Source: a virus. Taken from it: 34,373 bases of DNA. The notes beneath the pieces were generated by a model. The model searched no databases, was not told where the DNA came from, and saw nothing but the letters and a program-made list of their open reading frames with translations. Location: the IMG/VR virus record IMGVR_UViG_3300021963_000386. One strand, 5' to 3'. Below are positions 25,191 through 32,118 of the stretch, in pieces. The position numbers were made by a program, and so were the translations under genes. Position 1 is the first letter of the stretch, and every line of letters begins with the position of its first letter.

Positions 25191-25909
25191 TTACAATGCA
25201 AATATCCTCATAAACTCAAGGACATTTGCATTATGGGCAAGCCAATCATCAGCATGGTCGGACTTAAGTCTCACAGGTGGACTGTTGTGTCTGAAGCGCA
25301 AAAACCATCTGGCGCATCACAAACTGGAAAGTTTTGGAACTGTGTTTGTGAGTGCGGCACACAGCGCGTCGTTTATGGCGAAACCATCAGGAGTGGGAGC
25401 AGCAAGTCTTGCGGTTGTTTGAAAGCAGAGAAAAGCGCGGTCGCCATGAAAGAAATGAGGCTGCGCCAATCTGGTTCTTTGCAAGACCGGTTTTTTTCTC
25501 GGTTTGTCAAACTTGAAAATGGTTGTTGGCAATGGAGAGCGCACACCGACAAAGATGGATATGGAATCTTGCCCGGCGCAAATCAAAACACAAGATCACA
25601 CCGCCTATCGTATGAGATTCACATTGGTGAGATTCCTGAAGGATTGATTGTCTGCCACCACTGCGACAACCCAGGATGCGTTAACCCTGACCATCTTTTT
25701 GTCGGCACACAGAAAGACAACGCACATGACGCATTGCAAAAAGGTAGGCACTACATTGGAGAAAAAAATGGTAGATCAAAACTGACTGCAGAGAACGCCA
25801 AAGAAATATTGAATTCTGACATGAATGGCCAACAACTGGCAGATAAGTTTGGTGTCACCAGATCAACAATCAACAATGTCAGAAGAGGCGTGACGTGGAA
25901 AAAATAGAA
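25191..25909 (+). mobile_element. Putative free-standing homing-endonuclease cassette inserted at the helicase 5' end
   Basis: An AT-rich segment is bounded by two diverged copies of the same helicase N-terminal coding sequence. It contains only the HNH gene. Confidence 0.45.
25233..25907 (+). CDS. HNH_3-type homing endonuclease with a C-terminal HTH, 224 aa (the track ORF extends to 25143)
   Basis: The core motif is GYGILPGANQNTRSHRLSYEIHIGEIPEGLIVCHHCDNPGCVNPDHLFVGTQKDNAHD. The upstream Cys motif is WNCVCECG...SCGC. The C-terminal HTH-like segment is KLTAENAKEIL...LADKFGVTRSTINNVRRGVTW. The region is visibly AT-rich. Confidence 0.8.
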   Translation: MGKPIISMVGLKSHRWTVVSEAQKPSGASQTGKFWNCVCECGTQRVVYGETIRSGSSKSCGCLKAEKSAVAMKEMRLRQSGSLQDRFFSRFVKLENGCWQWRAHTDKDGYGILPGANQNTRSHRLSYEIHIGEIPEGLIVCHHCDNPGCVNPDHLFVGTQKDNAHDALQKGRHYIGEKNGRSKLTAENAKEILNSDMNGQQLADKFGVTRSTINNVRRGVTWKK

Positions 25910-27511
25910 TTGCGAGAGTACCAGTCTCGCGCATTGGACATGCTGTATGCGTGGTTTGAGAAAAATTCGACAGGCCATCCAGTATTGAACATGCCAGGCG
26001 GGTCTGGCAAGTCCGTAGTGATTGCGTCGCTTGCCAAAGATGCGCTGCAAAACTGGCCTGAGACGCGAATTTTGATGTTGGTGCACTCCAAAGAGTTGAT
26101 TCTTCAAAACGCTGACAAACTGCGCAAGCTGTGGCCCGGTGCGCCTCTTGGCATTTACAGCGCCAGCGTGGGCAAGCGTCAATTGGAGGAGCCAATCACA
26201 TACGCTGGCATTGGGTCTGTGGCCAAACGCGCCAAGCAAATCGGGCACATTGACTTGTGCATCATTGACGAGGTGCACGCCGTATCAACCACTGAGAACG
26301 GCATTTACCGCAAACTGATCGCCGACCTTCTGGAGATCAACCCGGACATGCGGATTGTGGGCCTGAGTGCCAGCCCGTACCGTCTTGGTCAAGGGCTAAT
26401 AACCGAAGGGCCAACCGCAATCTTTTCCGAGATTTTGGAGCCGGTGAGCATTGAGGAATTGGTTTTCAAAACCCACCTTGTGCCGCTGCGCTCAAAAATC
26501 ACCACGCACAAGCTGGAGACGGACGGACTGCATAAGCGCCAGGGAGAATACATTGCGTCTGAAATGGAAGCCAAGTTCAACACCGATGACCATAACCAAG
26601 CTGTGGTGCAAGAAATCATTGAGAAGGCAAGCAGCCGTAAACACTGGCTGATCTTCTGCTCCGGTGTCGCGCACTCTGAGGCCGTGGCTAAATGCCTGCG
26701 TGCTGCCGGTATTGCTGCAGAAGCCCTGGACGCAACGCATAGCAAGTCGGAGCGAGAGCGCAAGCTATCTGACTTTGAGTCTGGGCGTATGCGTGCCATT
26801 TGCTCGGTTGGAATTTTGACGACTGGCTACGACTTCCCTGCGCTGGACTGCATTGCATTTTTGCGGTCCACGATGTCACCAGGGCTTTACCTGCAAATGG
26901 CCGTGCGAGGCATGAGGCCGCACGCTGGCAAGGCCGACTGCCTGGTGCTGGACTTTGCTGGGGTGGTGGCCACGCACGGTCCGATCACCGCAGTGCAGCC
27001 TCCCAAGAAGGCAGGAGATGGCAATGGCGAGGCACCAGTGAAGGTCTGCGACAACTGCGGAGAGTTGTGCGCCATCTCTGTTGCTGCCTGCCCTGCTTGC
27101 GGCCATCCGTTCCCCGAGCCGGAGCGCAAGAAACTGGAGCTTCGAAACGACGACATCATGGGCCTGGAAGGCAAAGACCTAGAGGTCACTGCCTGGAACT
27201 GGCGCAGGCACATCAGCAAGGCCAGCGGCAAAGAGATGTTGTCCTGCACTTATTACGGTAGTCTGTCCGACAAGCCGATCATTGAATATCTGCCTGTGCT
27301 GCACGATGGCTATGCTGGGCAGCGGGCGATGCAGCAGCTTTTCAACATGGCCAACTCGTCGGGGGCGCATTTGGCCGAGGCCGAGCGCATGAGCGATAGC
27401 GAGGGGCTGGACTACCTAGCCGTGCAGATGAGCAACAGCCAGCCGCCCAAGGCCATCGAATACAAAATGGATGGGAAGTTTCACCGTGTTTTGAAGAGGA
27501 GTTGGGAGTGA
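25895..27511 (+). CDS. SF2 (DEAD/DEAH-type) DNA helicase with a C-terminal zinc ribbon, 538 aa
   Basis: The motifs are LREYQ, a Walker A MPGGSGKS, a DEVH box (IIDEVHA), SASP, and the C-terminal CDNCGELCAISVAACPACGH. The start is GTG 25895 (GAGG, 6-nt spacer), inside the HNH 3' end. TTG 25910 is an alternative start. Confidence 0.85.
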   Translation: MEKIELREYQSRALDMLYAWFEKNSTGHPVLNMPGGSGKSVVIASLAKDALQNWPETRILMLVHSKELILQNADKLRKLWPGAPLGIYSASVGKRQLEEPITYAGIGSVAKRAKQIGHIDLCIIDEVHAVSTTENGIYRKLIADLLEINPDMRIVGLSASPYRLGQGLITEGPTAIFSEILEPVSIEELVFKTHLVPLRSKITTHKLETDGLHKRQGEYIASEMEAKFNTDDHNQAVVQEIIEKASSRKHWLIFCSGVAHSEAVAKCLRAAGIAAEALDATHSKSERERKLSDFESGRMRAICSVGILTTGYDFPALDCIAFLRSTMSPGLYLQMAVRGMRPHAGKADCLVLDFAGVVATHGPITAVQPPKKAGDGNGEAPVKVCDNCGELCAISVAACPACGHPFPEPERKKLELRNDDIMGLEGKDLEVTAWNWRRHISKASGKEMLSCTYYGSLSDKPIIEYLPVLHDGYAGQRAMQQLFNMANSSGAHLAEAERMSDSEGLDYLAVQMSNSQPPKAIEYKMDGKFHRVLKRSWE

Positions 27512-27978
27512 GAGGCCGCGCCCTGCCGCACTATGGCAAGCTGGGTGTGGCCAACCTGCCCAGCGAGGTCAAGGCCATCTGGTACAGCCGGCACATTGAG
27601 CCAGAGCCATGCGAGCCGATTGATTTCTGGTGGCCGACGCAGACTGATCCTGATCTGTGGATCAGGCAGGACTTTGCGCGCCGCCTGGTGGCCATCACAC
27701 CGCTGACCGAGCAGGAGGAGCAAGCTGTCATCCTGTGCGTGCTGGACAACCACACGCTGCGCGAGGCAGGCGAGGTGATGGGCCGCACGCAAGAGCGTGT
27801 GCGCCAGATTCTGATGAAGGCAATGCGCAGGTTTCGCAAGCACCAGTCAGAGCTGACTGGCGTGCCGATGTGGGAATTGGACGACAGGGTGATGCCCTGG
27901 TCTTTTTGGAAGTACGAGCAAAGGAGACGACATGACCACCAGACCACCAGAGCCAGAGTTCCTGATTCAATGGCGTGA
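27508..27978 (+). CDS. Sigma-70 region-4-like HTH protein (candidate transcription regulator), about 156 aa
   Basis: LTEQEEQAVILCVLDNHTLREAGEVMGRTQERVRQILMKAMRRFRK matches the sigma70 region 4 pattern. The start is uncertain: GTG 27508 has a GTGA overlap and follows GAGGAG, while the track uses TTG 27502. Confidence 0.65.
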   Translation: MRGRALPHYGKLGVANLPSEVKAIWYSRHIEPEPCEPIDFWWPTQTDPDLWIRQDFARRLVAITPLTEQEEQAVILCVLDNHTLREAGEVMGRTQERVRQILMKAMRRFRKHQSELTGVPMWELDDRVMPWSFWKYEQRRRHDHQTTRARVPDSMA

Positions 27979-28129
27979 ATGGGAACGGGCTGGCCCGCCC
28001 AAGTGTTGTTTTACTTGCGAACACTATGGGGTTGATGGCCTGTGCGTGGAGTTCTTCATGACGCCGCCAGCAGAGTTTGCATCCGAGGTGGATGCCTGCC
28101 CTAAGTGGGAGCCAGAATGTCCGTTCTAG
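27932..28129 (+). CDS. Small Cys-rich protein, 65 aa
   Basis: A strong RBS, AAGGAG with a 5-nt spacer, precedes ATG 27932. The Cys pattern is CCFTCEH...C...C...C. It overlaps the upstream gene by 47 nt. Confidence 0.6.
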   Translation: MTTRPPEPEFLIQWREWERAGPPKCCFTCEHYGVDGLCVEFFMTPPAEFASEVDACPKWEPECPF

Positions 28130-28479
28130 GCCGTATCCCAACCGAGCATGAGGAGCAGCGCGAGCTGGTGCGCTGGTTCCGGCAGTCCTGGCCAGGCGTT
28201 CGCATTTTTGCGATCCCAAATGGCGGGGCCAGGAGCAAAGCCACCGCTGGCCGCCTGAAGGCCGAAGGTGTGGCCTCTGGCGTGCCCGACTTGTTCGTGC
28301 CTGCCTGGAGCCTGTGGGTCGAGATGAAACGCAGCAAAGGCGGCAGCCTCAGTGCTGAGCAAAAAGACTGGATCGCATATCTGGAAAGTGTGGGATTCTG
28401 TTGTATAGTGGGAAAAGGTGCTGGTCATGCAAAAGAGCAGATCAGCACTTTTTTCACCAACCACATAGGAAACACATGA
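28117..28479 (+). CDS. VRR-NUC domain nuclease, 120 aa
   Basis: EHEEQRELVRWF...IFAIPNGGARSKATAGRLKAEGVASGVPDLFV...WVEMKRSKGGSLSAEQKDW fits VRR-NUC. ATG 28117 follows GGGAG with a 5-nt spacer; the track uses GTG 28105. Confidence 0.8.
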   Translation: MSVLGRIPTEHEEQRELVRWFRQSWPGVRIFAIPNGGARSKATAGRLKAEGVASGVPDLFVPAWSLWVEMKRSKGGSLSAEQKDWIAYLESVGFCCIVGKGAGHAKEQISTFFTNHIGNT

Positions 28480-28715
28480 CCACGCGCATCTATGTCGTCA
28501 CCGACACCGAAACCAACAAGCACCGCCTGATTCGTGCAGCCAACCAGGCCCAGGCCATCAAGTACGCAGCCCAGACCCGATTCGACATCGAGGTGGCTGG
28601 CCAGGACGATCTGGTAAGCCTGCTCACGCACGGCATCCCTGTCGAGCTGGCCACCGGCCAGGCCACCGCAGACATGTTCGAGGATGTGGTCACCAATGCT
28701 GGGGGCACAGACTGA
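28476..28715 (+). CDS. Hypothetical small phage protein, 79 aa
   Basis: The track ORF 28401..28715 is trimmed to ATG 28476, which has an ATGA overlap with the VRR-NUC stop. Translation: MTTRIYVVTDTETNKHRLIRAANQAQAIKYAAQ... Confidence 0.55.
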   Translation: MTTRIYVVTDTETNKHRLIRAANQAQAIKYAAQTRFDIEVAGQDDLVSLLTHGIPVELATGQATADMFEDVVTNAGGTD

Positions 28716-28888
28716 TGGCCTCCACAGACGCCAAGACCAAGGATCGCTACATGACAATCCGCATCCCAGCAGATGTTGAGCTGGCGCTGCGCCGCCAGGC
28801 AGAAAACGACACCAGGACACTGGCCGCCCAGGTATTGCACTACATCAAGCAGGGGCTGGCTGACGAAAACAAGAAGGTGGCTGCATGA
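28715..28888 (+). CDS. Ribbon-helix-helix (Arc/CopG-like) DNA-binding protein, 57 aa (below the track cutoff)
   Basis: Manual translation: MASTDAKTKDRYMTIRIPADVELALRRQAENDTRTLAAQVLHYIKQGLADENKKVAA. It has a TGATG overlap upstream and an ATGA overlap downstream. The beta-strand/helix/helix pattern is typical of RHH proteins. Confidence 0.6.
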   Translation: MASTDAKTKDRYMTIRIPADVELALRRQAENDTRTLAAQVLHYIKQGLADENKKVAA

Positions 28889-29043
28889 AGTGCCCTGTCT
28901 GCGGCACCTGGACGCTGGTGAAGGAAACTCGCCAGCGTGCAGAGAACGCCAAATATCGCCGCTACGAGTGCGCCAATGAACACCGCTTCACGACGCTCGA
29001 GAAGGTGGCCAAGATCATCGCTGCAAAAAAGGCAAAAGACTAG
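28885..29043 (+). CDS. Zinc-ribbon protein, Ogr/Delta-like, 52 aa (below the track cutoff)
   Basis: Manual translation: MKCPVCGTWTLVKETRQRAENAKYRRYECANEHRFTTLEKVAKIIAAKKAKD. The CxxC ... YxC-x3-H layout resembles P2 Ogr-type late activators. Confidence 0.5.
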   Translation: MKCPVCGTWTLVKETRQRAENAKYRRYECANEHRFTTLEKVAKIIAAKKAKD

Positions 29044-29056
29044 GGTTTATCCCTAG

Positions 29057-29087
29057 TTGATTAGATTGTGGGAAATCGTGGTAAGAT
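29057..29087 (+). promoter_or_regulatory. Candidate internal promoter with an extended -10
   Basis: TTGATT (29057-29062), a 19-nt spacer, then TGgTAAGAT (29079-29087). The long spacer makes it weak evidence. Confidence 0.3.
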
Positions 29088-29121
29088 GCAGTCATCGCAA
29101 CCAACCAGCAAGGAGCTGAAC

Positions 29122-29271
29122 GTGAGCAGACTGATCGAAACCTACCGCAAGTGCCCATCGCCCAGCAACAGGGCCAAGCTGCAGGCTTACCTGCAAAAGC
29201 ACATGATGTCCGTGTGCATGGCAACCGAACAAGAGATTGCCTTCCTGAAGGCCCATGAGTTCAAAATCTAA
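29122..29271 (+). CDS. Hypothetical protein, 49 aa (the track ORF is 29068..29271)
   Basis: GTG 29122 follows AAGGAG with a 6-nt spacer. The ATG at 29086 lies inside the candidate -10 element. Confidence 0.45.
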   Translation: MSRLIETYRKCPSPSNRAKLQAYLQKHMMSVCMATEQEIAFLKAHEFKI

Positions 29272-29281
29272 GGAGACAACC

Positions 29282-29431
29282 ATGCAAAACAGCCAGCAAC
29301 AACCAACCTGGCTGGCCCAACGGGCCAGCCTGCTAAACCCAAACTGGCGCTACGTGCCAGCAGCGTCCACCAACATCATGGATCGCTTTCGCGCAATGGG
29401 TTGGGTGCCACCTTCGGAGGCCAAGAAATGA
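29282..29431 (+). CDS. Hypothetical protein, 49 aa (below the track cutoff)
   Basis: AAGGAG with a 6-nt spacer precedes ATG 29282. Translation: MQNSQQQPTWLAQRASLLNPNWRYVPAASTNIMDRFRAMGWVPPSEAKK. It has an ATGA overlap with the next gene. Confidence 0.5.
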   Translation: MQNSQQQPTWLAQRASLLNPNWRYVPAASTNIMDRFRAMGWVPPSEAKK

Positions 29432-29583
29432 AAAAGCTGCTCAACCTGGCGCTGGCCACCGCAATCGGTGTGGCAATGGCAATCCTGTTCATGGAGTGGA
29501 TGGTCGGCTGCGGAGAGAACTACATCGACTCCAAAGGTGTGAGCCACAAGCACGCATGTTTGTTCTTGGGCTTGGACAAATGA
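29428..29583 (+). CDS. Small membrane protein, 51 aa
   Basis: The track ORF 29401..29583 is trimmed to ATG 29428. The hydrophobic segment is LLNLALATAIGVAMAILFMEWMVG, followed by a Cys. Confidence 0.5.
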   Translation: MKKLLNLALATAIGVAMAILFMEWMVGCGENYIDSKGVSHKHACLFLGLDK

Positions 29584-29891
29584 ACTGCTGTGACCAAGAC
29601 TGCGTGCAGGGCCGCGAGTGCCCTGCCCGTGTGGCCAAGTGCAGACCAGTCATGCTTGCTGCTGAGCCACTGTCTGCCAGCCCTGTGGCTGGATACCTGA
29701 AAAGGATGGCCAGTGCCATGCTCGTGGTGCTGGCCGTGGTGCTGGTAACCTGCATGTGGATCGTCCTGATCGCAGCATCTGCAATAGTCGCACCTGAAAG
29801 ACGGGTGATCGACTGCAGCCTGGCATCGTTTCACCCTGACTTCACCCCAGCGATGCGTGAGGCCTGCCGCAATCGCAAGGCCACGCAGTAG
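29580..29891 (+). CDS. Cys-rich membrane protein, 103 aa
   Basis: The track ORF 29496..29891 is trimmed to ATG 29580, which has an ATGA overlap. The N-terminus is MNCCDQDCVQGRECPARVAKC. The central transmembrane segment is MLVVLAVVLVTCMWIVLIAASAIVA. Confidence 0.55.
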   Translation: MNCCDQDCVQGRECPARVAKCRPVMLAAEPLSASPVAGYLKRMASAMLVVLAVVLVTCMWIVLIAASAIVAPERRVIDCSLASFHPDFTPAMREACRNRKATQ

Positions 29892-29894
29892 GTC

Positions 29895-30407
29895 TCAGGC
29901 AATCATGCTGATGGCTTTGGCCTTCACATCAGCAACTCGCCTGCCCCAGCCCTTGCCGAATGTTGGCCAGGTTGGAAGTGCCTGCAAAAATGACAGTCTG
30001 CGCTCGGAATAGTCCTCGACGAGCTGCTGTGAGTCAAAGTTCGCCACAGCCGCCAAAGTCTTCGGGCCTATGCCACCATCAGGCTCGACGCCAACGCATG
30101 TCTGGAGCCACTTTGCAGCCCTTCCTGGGCCGCTGTTGATGGCGGCATCGAAGACAGCGTAATCGACACCAGATGGCAGCTCATCGCCGCGAACCTTGTC
30201 CCAATACTTTGTCTTGTACAGAGGTGCCACATCGGCAGGCGTGAGCGCACGCATGGTCTTCTCGTCCACCTCATGGCCGCAATGCTCCTCCCAGACCTTC
30301 TTGGTGCAGCCGAGGTTCGTCATGCCGCCAGGGTCTTTGGGGTGATTTACAAAGCCACCCTCGTGGTGCAGCACAGCAGCCAGAGCAGCGTCGAAGTTCT
30401 GTTTCAT
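29895..30407 (-). CDS. Endolysin: glycoside hydrolase family 108 muramidase + PG_binding_3 domain, 170 aa
   Basis: The track ORF is trimmed to ATG 30407, which follows GAGGA with a 4-nt spacer. HHEGGFVNHPKDPGGMTNLG is the GH108 signature. The C-terminus carries the DGGIGPKTLAAV peptidoglycan-binding motif. Confidence 0.85.
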   Translation of the reverse strand: MKQNFDAALAAVLHHEGGFVNHPKDPGGMTNLGCTKKVWEEHCGHEVDEKTMRALTPADVAPLYKTKYWDKVRGDELPSGVDYAVFDAAINSGPGRAAKWLQTCVGVEPDGGIGPKTLAAVANFDSQQLVEDYSERRLSFLQALPTWPTFGKGWGRRVADVKAKAISMIA

Positions 30408-30414
30408 GGCGTCC

Positions 30415-30906
30415 TCACTTGGTTGCTTTGGAGAGCAGATCGGTCTTGGCCTGCGAGCCAGCCGAGCTGCCGAAGTAGTAGGCAATGATGCCTGTCCAGG
30501 CGGTGCCCAGGCTGCCCAGCATCATCAAGATGGCAGGGTTGTTGCTGTCAATCTGGTTGAAGAACATCATCACCATGATGCCGAAGAAACCCAGTGTGAC
30601 TGCGCCAGCCAGGATTGGAGGCATCATTGAGCGAGTGGTGGCCTGCATCTCCCTGGCAGACTTGCGGTCCTCAACGGCCAGCTTCTCAAAGTTCAGGCCA
30701 AGTTCCTGCGCCTGCTTTTGCAGCTCGATCTCAGCCAGTTTGACCTGCGCGATCTGGTCGGCGGTCAGCTTGTTGGAGGCGATCAGGTCTCCGACCTTTG
30801 CCTCATCCACGCCAATGGCCTTGGAGACTGCCGAGACGGCCATGCCTGCAAGTGGGCCACCCAGGGCGGTGGCAATCGTTGGTGCGATCTGCTTAAGCCA
30901 GTCCAT
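30415..30906 (-). CDS. Holin, GTA-type 3-TM family, 163 aa
   Basis: ATG 30906 follows AAGGAG with a 5-nt spacer; the track uses GTG 30912. The layout is an N-terminal amphipathic region, the motif EDRKSAREM, then C-terminal hydrophobic helices. Confidence 0.65.
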   Translation of the reverse strand: MDWLKQIAPTIATALGGPLAGMAVSAVSKAIGVDEAKVGDLIASNKLTADQIAQVKLAEIELQKQAQELGLNFEKLAVEDRKSAREMQATTRSMMPPILAGAVTLGFFGIMVMMFFNQIDSNNPAILMMLGSLGTAWTGIIAYYFGSSAGSQAKTDLLSKATK

Positions 30907-30908
30907 GC

Positions 30909-31334
30909 TCACTCCTTCTTTGCGGTGACAACGTCGTCACCCTTACGCACCGTTACCTTGTCGCCTTCAACGTCAACGCGCATCGGCTGCTCTGGACGGT
31001 CAAGACGATCCAGCTTCTCAATCAACTGCTTCATGATTTCAAATTCAGGCTTTTCCTGCTTGGCATTTGCACCAGCGATGCCGTTGAGCATGGAGATGAG
31101 CGCAGTCAATGCCGCGCCAAGCAGACCCATCACTGCGGCAATCTTTTCATTCTCAAGCACCACACTAGAGCCAACGCCGATGACGATAATCAGCGTGATG
31201 TAGAAGAGGCCGCTTTCGCCGATGGCTTTGCCTGCGACTTCTTTGGCTGTGCTTTGCGCTTGCAGCCTATTCAGCTCCACTTTGGCCTGTTCCTTGATGA
31301 GCGCCAGTTCGTGAGTTAGGTCTTGATCTGACAT
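30909..31334 (-). CDS. Two-TM membrane protein in the lysis cassette, 141 aa
   Basis: The track ORF is trimmed to ATG 31334, 2 nt after the upstream stop. The hydrophobic segments are GLFYITLIIVIGVGSSVVL and IAAVMGLLGAALTALISML. Confidence 0.55.
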   Translation of the reverse strand: MSDQDLTHELALIKEQAKVELNRLQAQSTAKEVAGKAIGESGLFYITLIIVIGVGSSVVLENEKIAAVMGLLGAALTALISMLNGIAGANAKQEKPEFEIMKQLIEKLDRLDRPEQPMRVDVEGDKVTVRKGDDVVTAKKE

Positions 31335-31336
31335 AT

Positions 31337-31576
31337 TTACACCTTCAGCAGTTCCCAGGCAGCGCCGATCATAATGCCAGGCAGCGCGGTGGCAACAGCA
31401 TCCCAAGCATCAGGTTGGCCTTCTTTGCGATACCACTGCTGGAACTCGTAGAAGATGCCAAACACGATGCCACCGATGGCAACGGCCCAGCCCAGCGGAA
31501 GGAAGTGGATCGCGGCTAAAACGACGGTCGAGCCGATGCCCATCGCCAGGTGTTGCAGCTTGTCCTTTGGAATCAC
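31337..31576 (-). CDS. Three-TM small membrane protein (holin/antiholin candidate), 79 aa
   Basis: GTG start with a GTGA overlap to the upstream micro-gene. It has three hydrophobic segments. Confidence 0.55.
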   Translation of the reverse strand: MIPKDKLQHLAMGIGSTVVLAAIHFLPLGWAVAIGGIVFGIFYEFQQWYRKEGQPDAWDAVATALPGIMIGAAWELLKV

Positions 31577-31752
31577 TTTGTCATCCAGATCGCCGCAAAG
31601 ATTGTTCCTGCCATCGACACCAGCATGATGCCAGCGGTCTTGATCATGATGCCCTCAATGCGCTTGAGCCGCGCATGGATCTGATCGTAGCGAATTGCGC
31701 AGACCTCCTCATGCGTTGACAGTCGCGCTTCTGTTGCGTCAATGGTGCCCAT
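31573..31752 (-). CDS. C-tail-anchored micro-protein, 59 aa (below the track cutoff)
   Basis: Manual translation: MGTIDATEARLSTHEEVCAIRYDQIHARLKRIEGIMIKTAGIMLVSMAGTIFAAIWMTK. It has a TAATG overlap upstream and a GTGA overlap downstream. Confidence 0.55.
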   Translation of the reverse strand: MGTIDATEARLSTHEEVCAIRYDQIHARLKRIEGIMIKTAGIMLVSMAGTIFAAIWMTK

Positions 31753-32105
31753 TACAACCCCTGGCCTGGAGTGATGTACACGGTCGCTGCCGAGCTGGAC
31801 AGGCCGCTGAAGAATGTGGTCTGGTTGAAGCGCAGAATCTCCACGGCACCAGGCAGCAGTACGATGGCCGGTGAAGGGTTGCCGGCCACTGGAGCCACCG
31901 CATTGGCCGCGGCCTCTGCTGCGGTGCTGCCAGTGCCCAAGAACACATTCGTGGTGCCTGCATTGATGAATCGGAACTGGCCTGCGTTCTGCGGATCAAA
32001 CTTAGCGTAAACAGGCGCCTGTATGCCAGTAGGAGCTGATGCAGCGGCTGCCACTACAACGGTGTTGCCGAGTGGTGCAAATGCGATTTGTGAATTAGTA
32101 GACAT
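31752..32105 (-). CDS. Hypothetical small beta-rich protein, 117 aa
   Basis: ORF-track ORF with a TAGGAG RBS. It is Ala/Gly/Thr-rich and ends in ...TVYITPGQGL. Confidence 0.6.
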   Translation of the reverse strand: MSTNSQIAFAPLGNTVVVAAAASAPTGIQAPVYAKFDPQNAGQFRFINAGTTNVFLGTGSTAAEAAANAVAPVAGNPSPAIVLLPGAVEILRFNQTTFFSGLSSSAATVYITPGQGL

Positions 32106-32118
32106 GTCAGACTCCTAT

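Noticed and set aside
25143-25956. Group I intron or intein carrying the HNH gene inside the helicase.
   Set aside because: The helicase N-terminal coding segment is duplicated, with two diverged full copies, rather than split into exons. The HNH ORF is a free-standing reading frame with its own stop. No intein splice motifs are visible, and I found no conserved intron pairing elements.
29041-29055. TAGGG-tttat-CCCTA hairpin at the Zn-ribbon stop codon read as a terminator.
   Set aside because: It has only a 5-bp stem with two A-T pairs and no following T-tract. It is too weak to call.
29428-29891. The 51-aa protein (possible lipobox MVGC) plus the 103-aa TM protein read as an o-spanin/i-spanin pair.
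   Set aside because: They are on the opposite strand from the lysis cassette and at the end of the early operon. The gene order is reversed relative to Rz/Rz1. The hydrophobic stretch of the 51-aa protein is too long for a typical signal peptide. The 103-aa protein has only about 33 periplasmic residues and no coiled coil.
30408-30485. N-terminally extended starts given by the ORF track: endolysin 30485, 31406, 5985, 10378, 22788, 28401, 29496, 29401 and 25143.
   Set aside because: The extensions overlap the preceding gene by tens of nt, encode Arg/Pro/Cys-rich junk, and lack an RBS. Internal ATG/GTG starts sit at stop-start overlaps or behind AGGAG-type sites.
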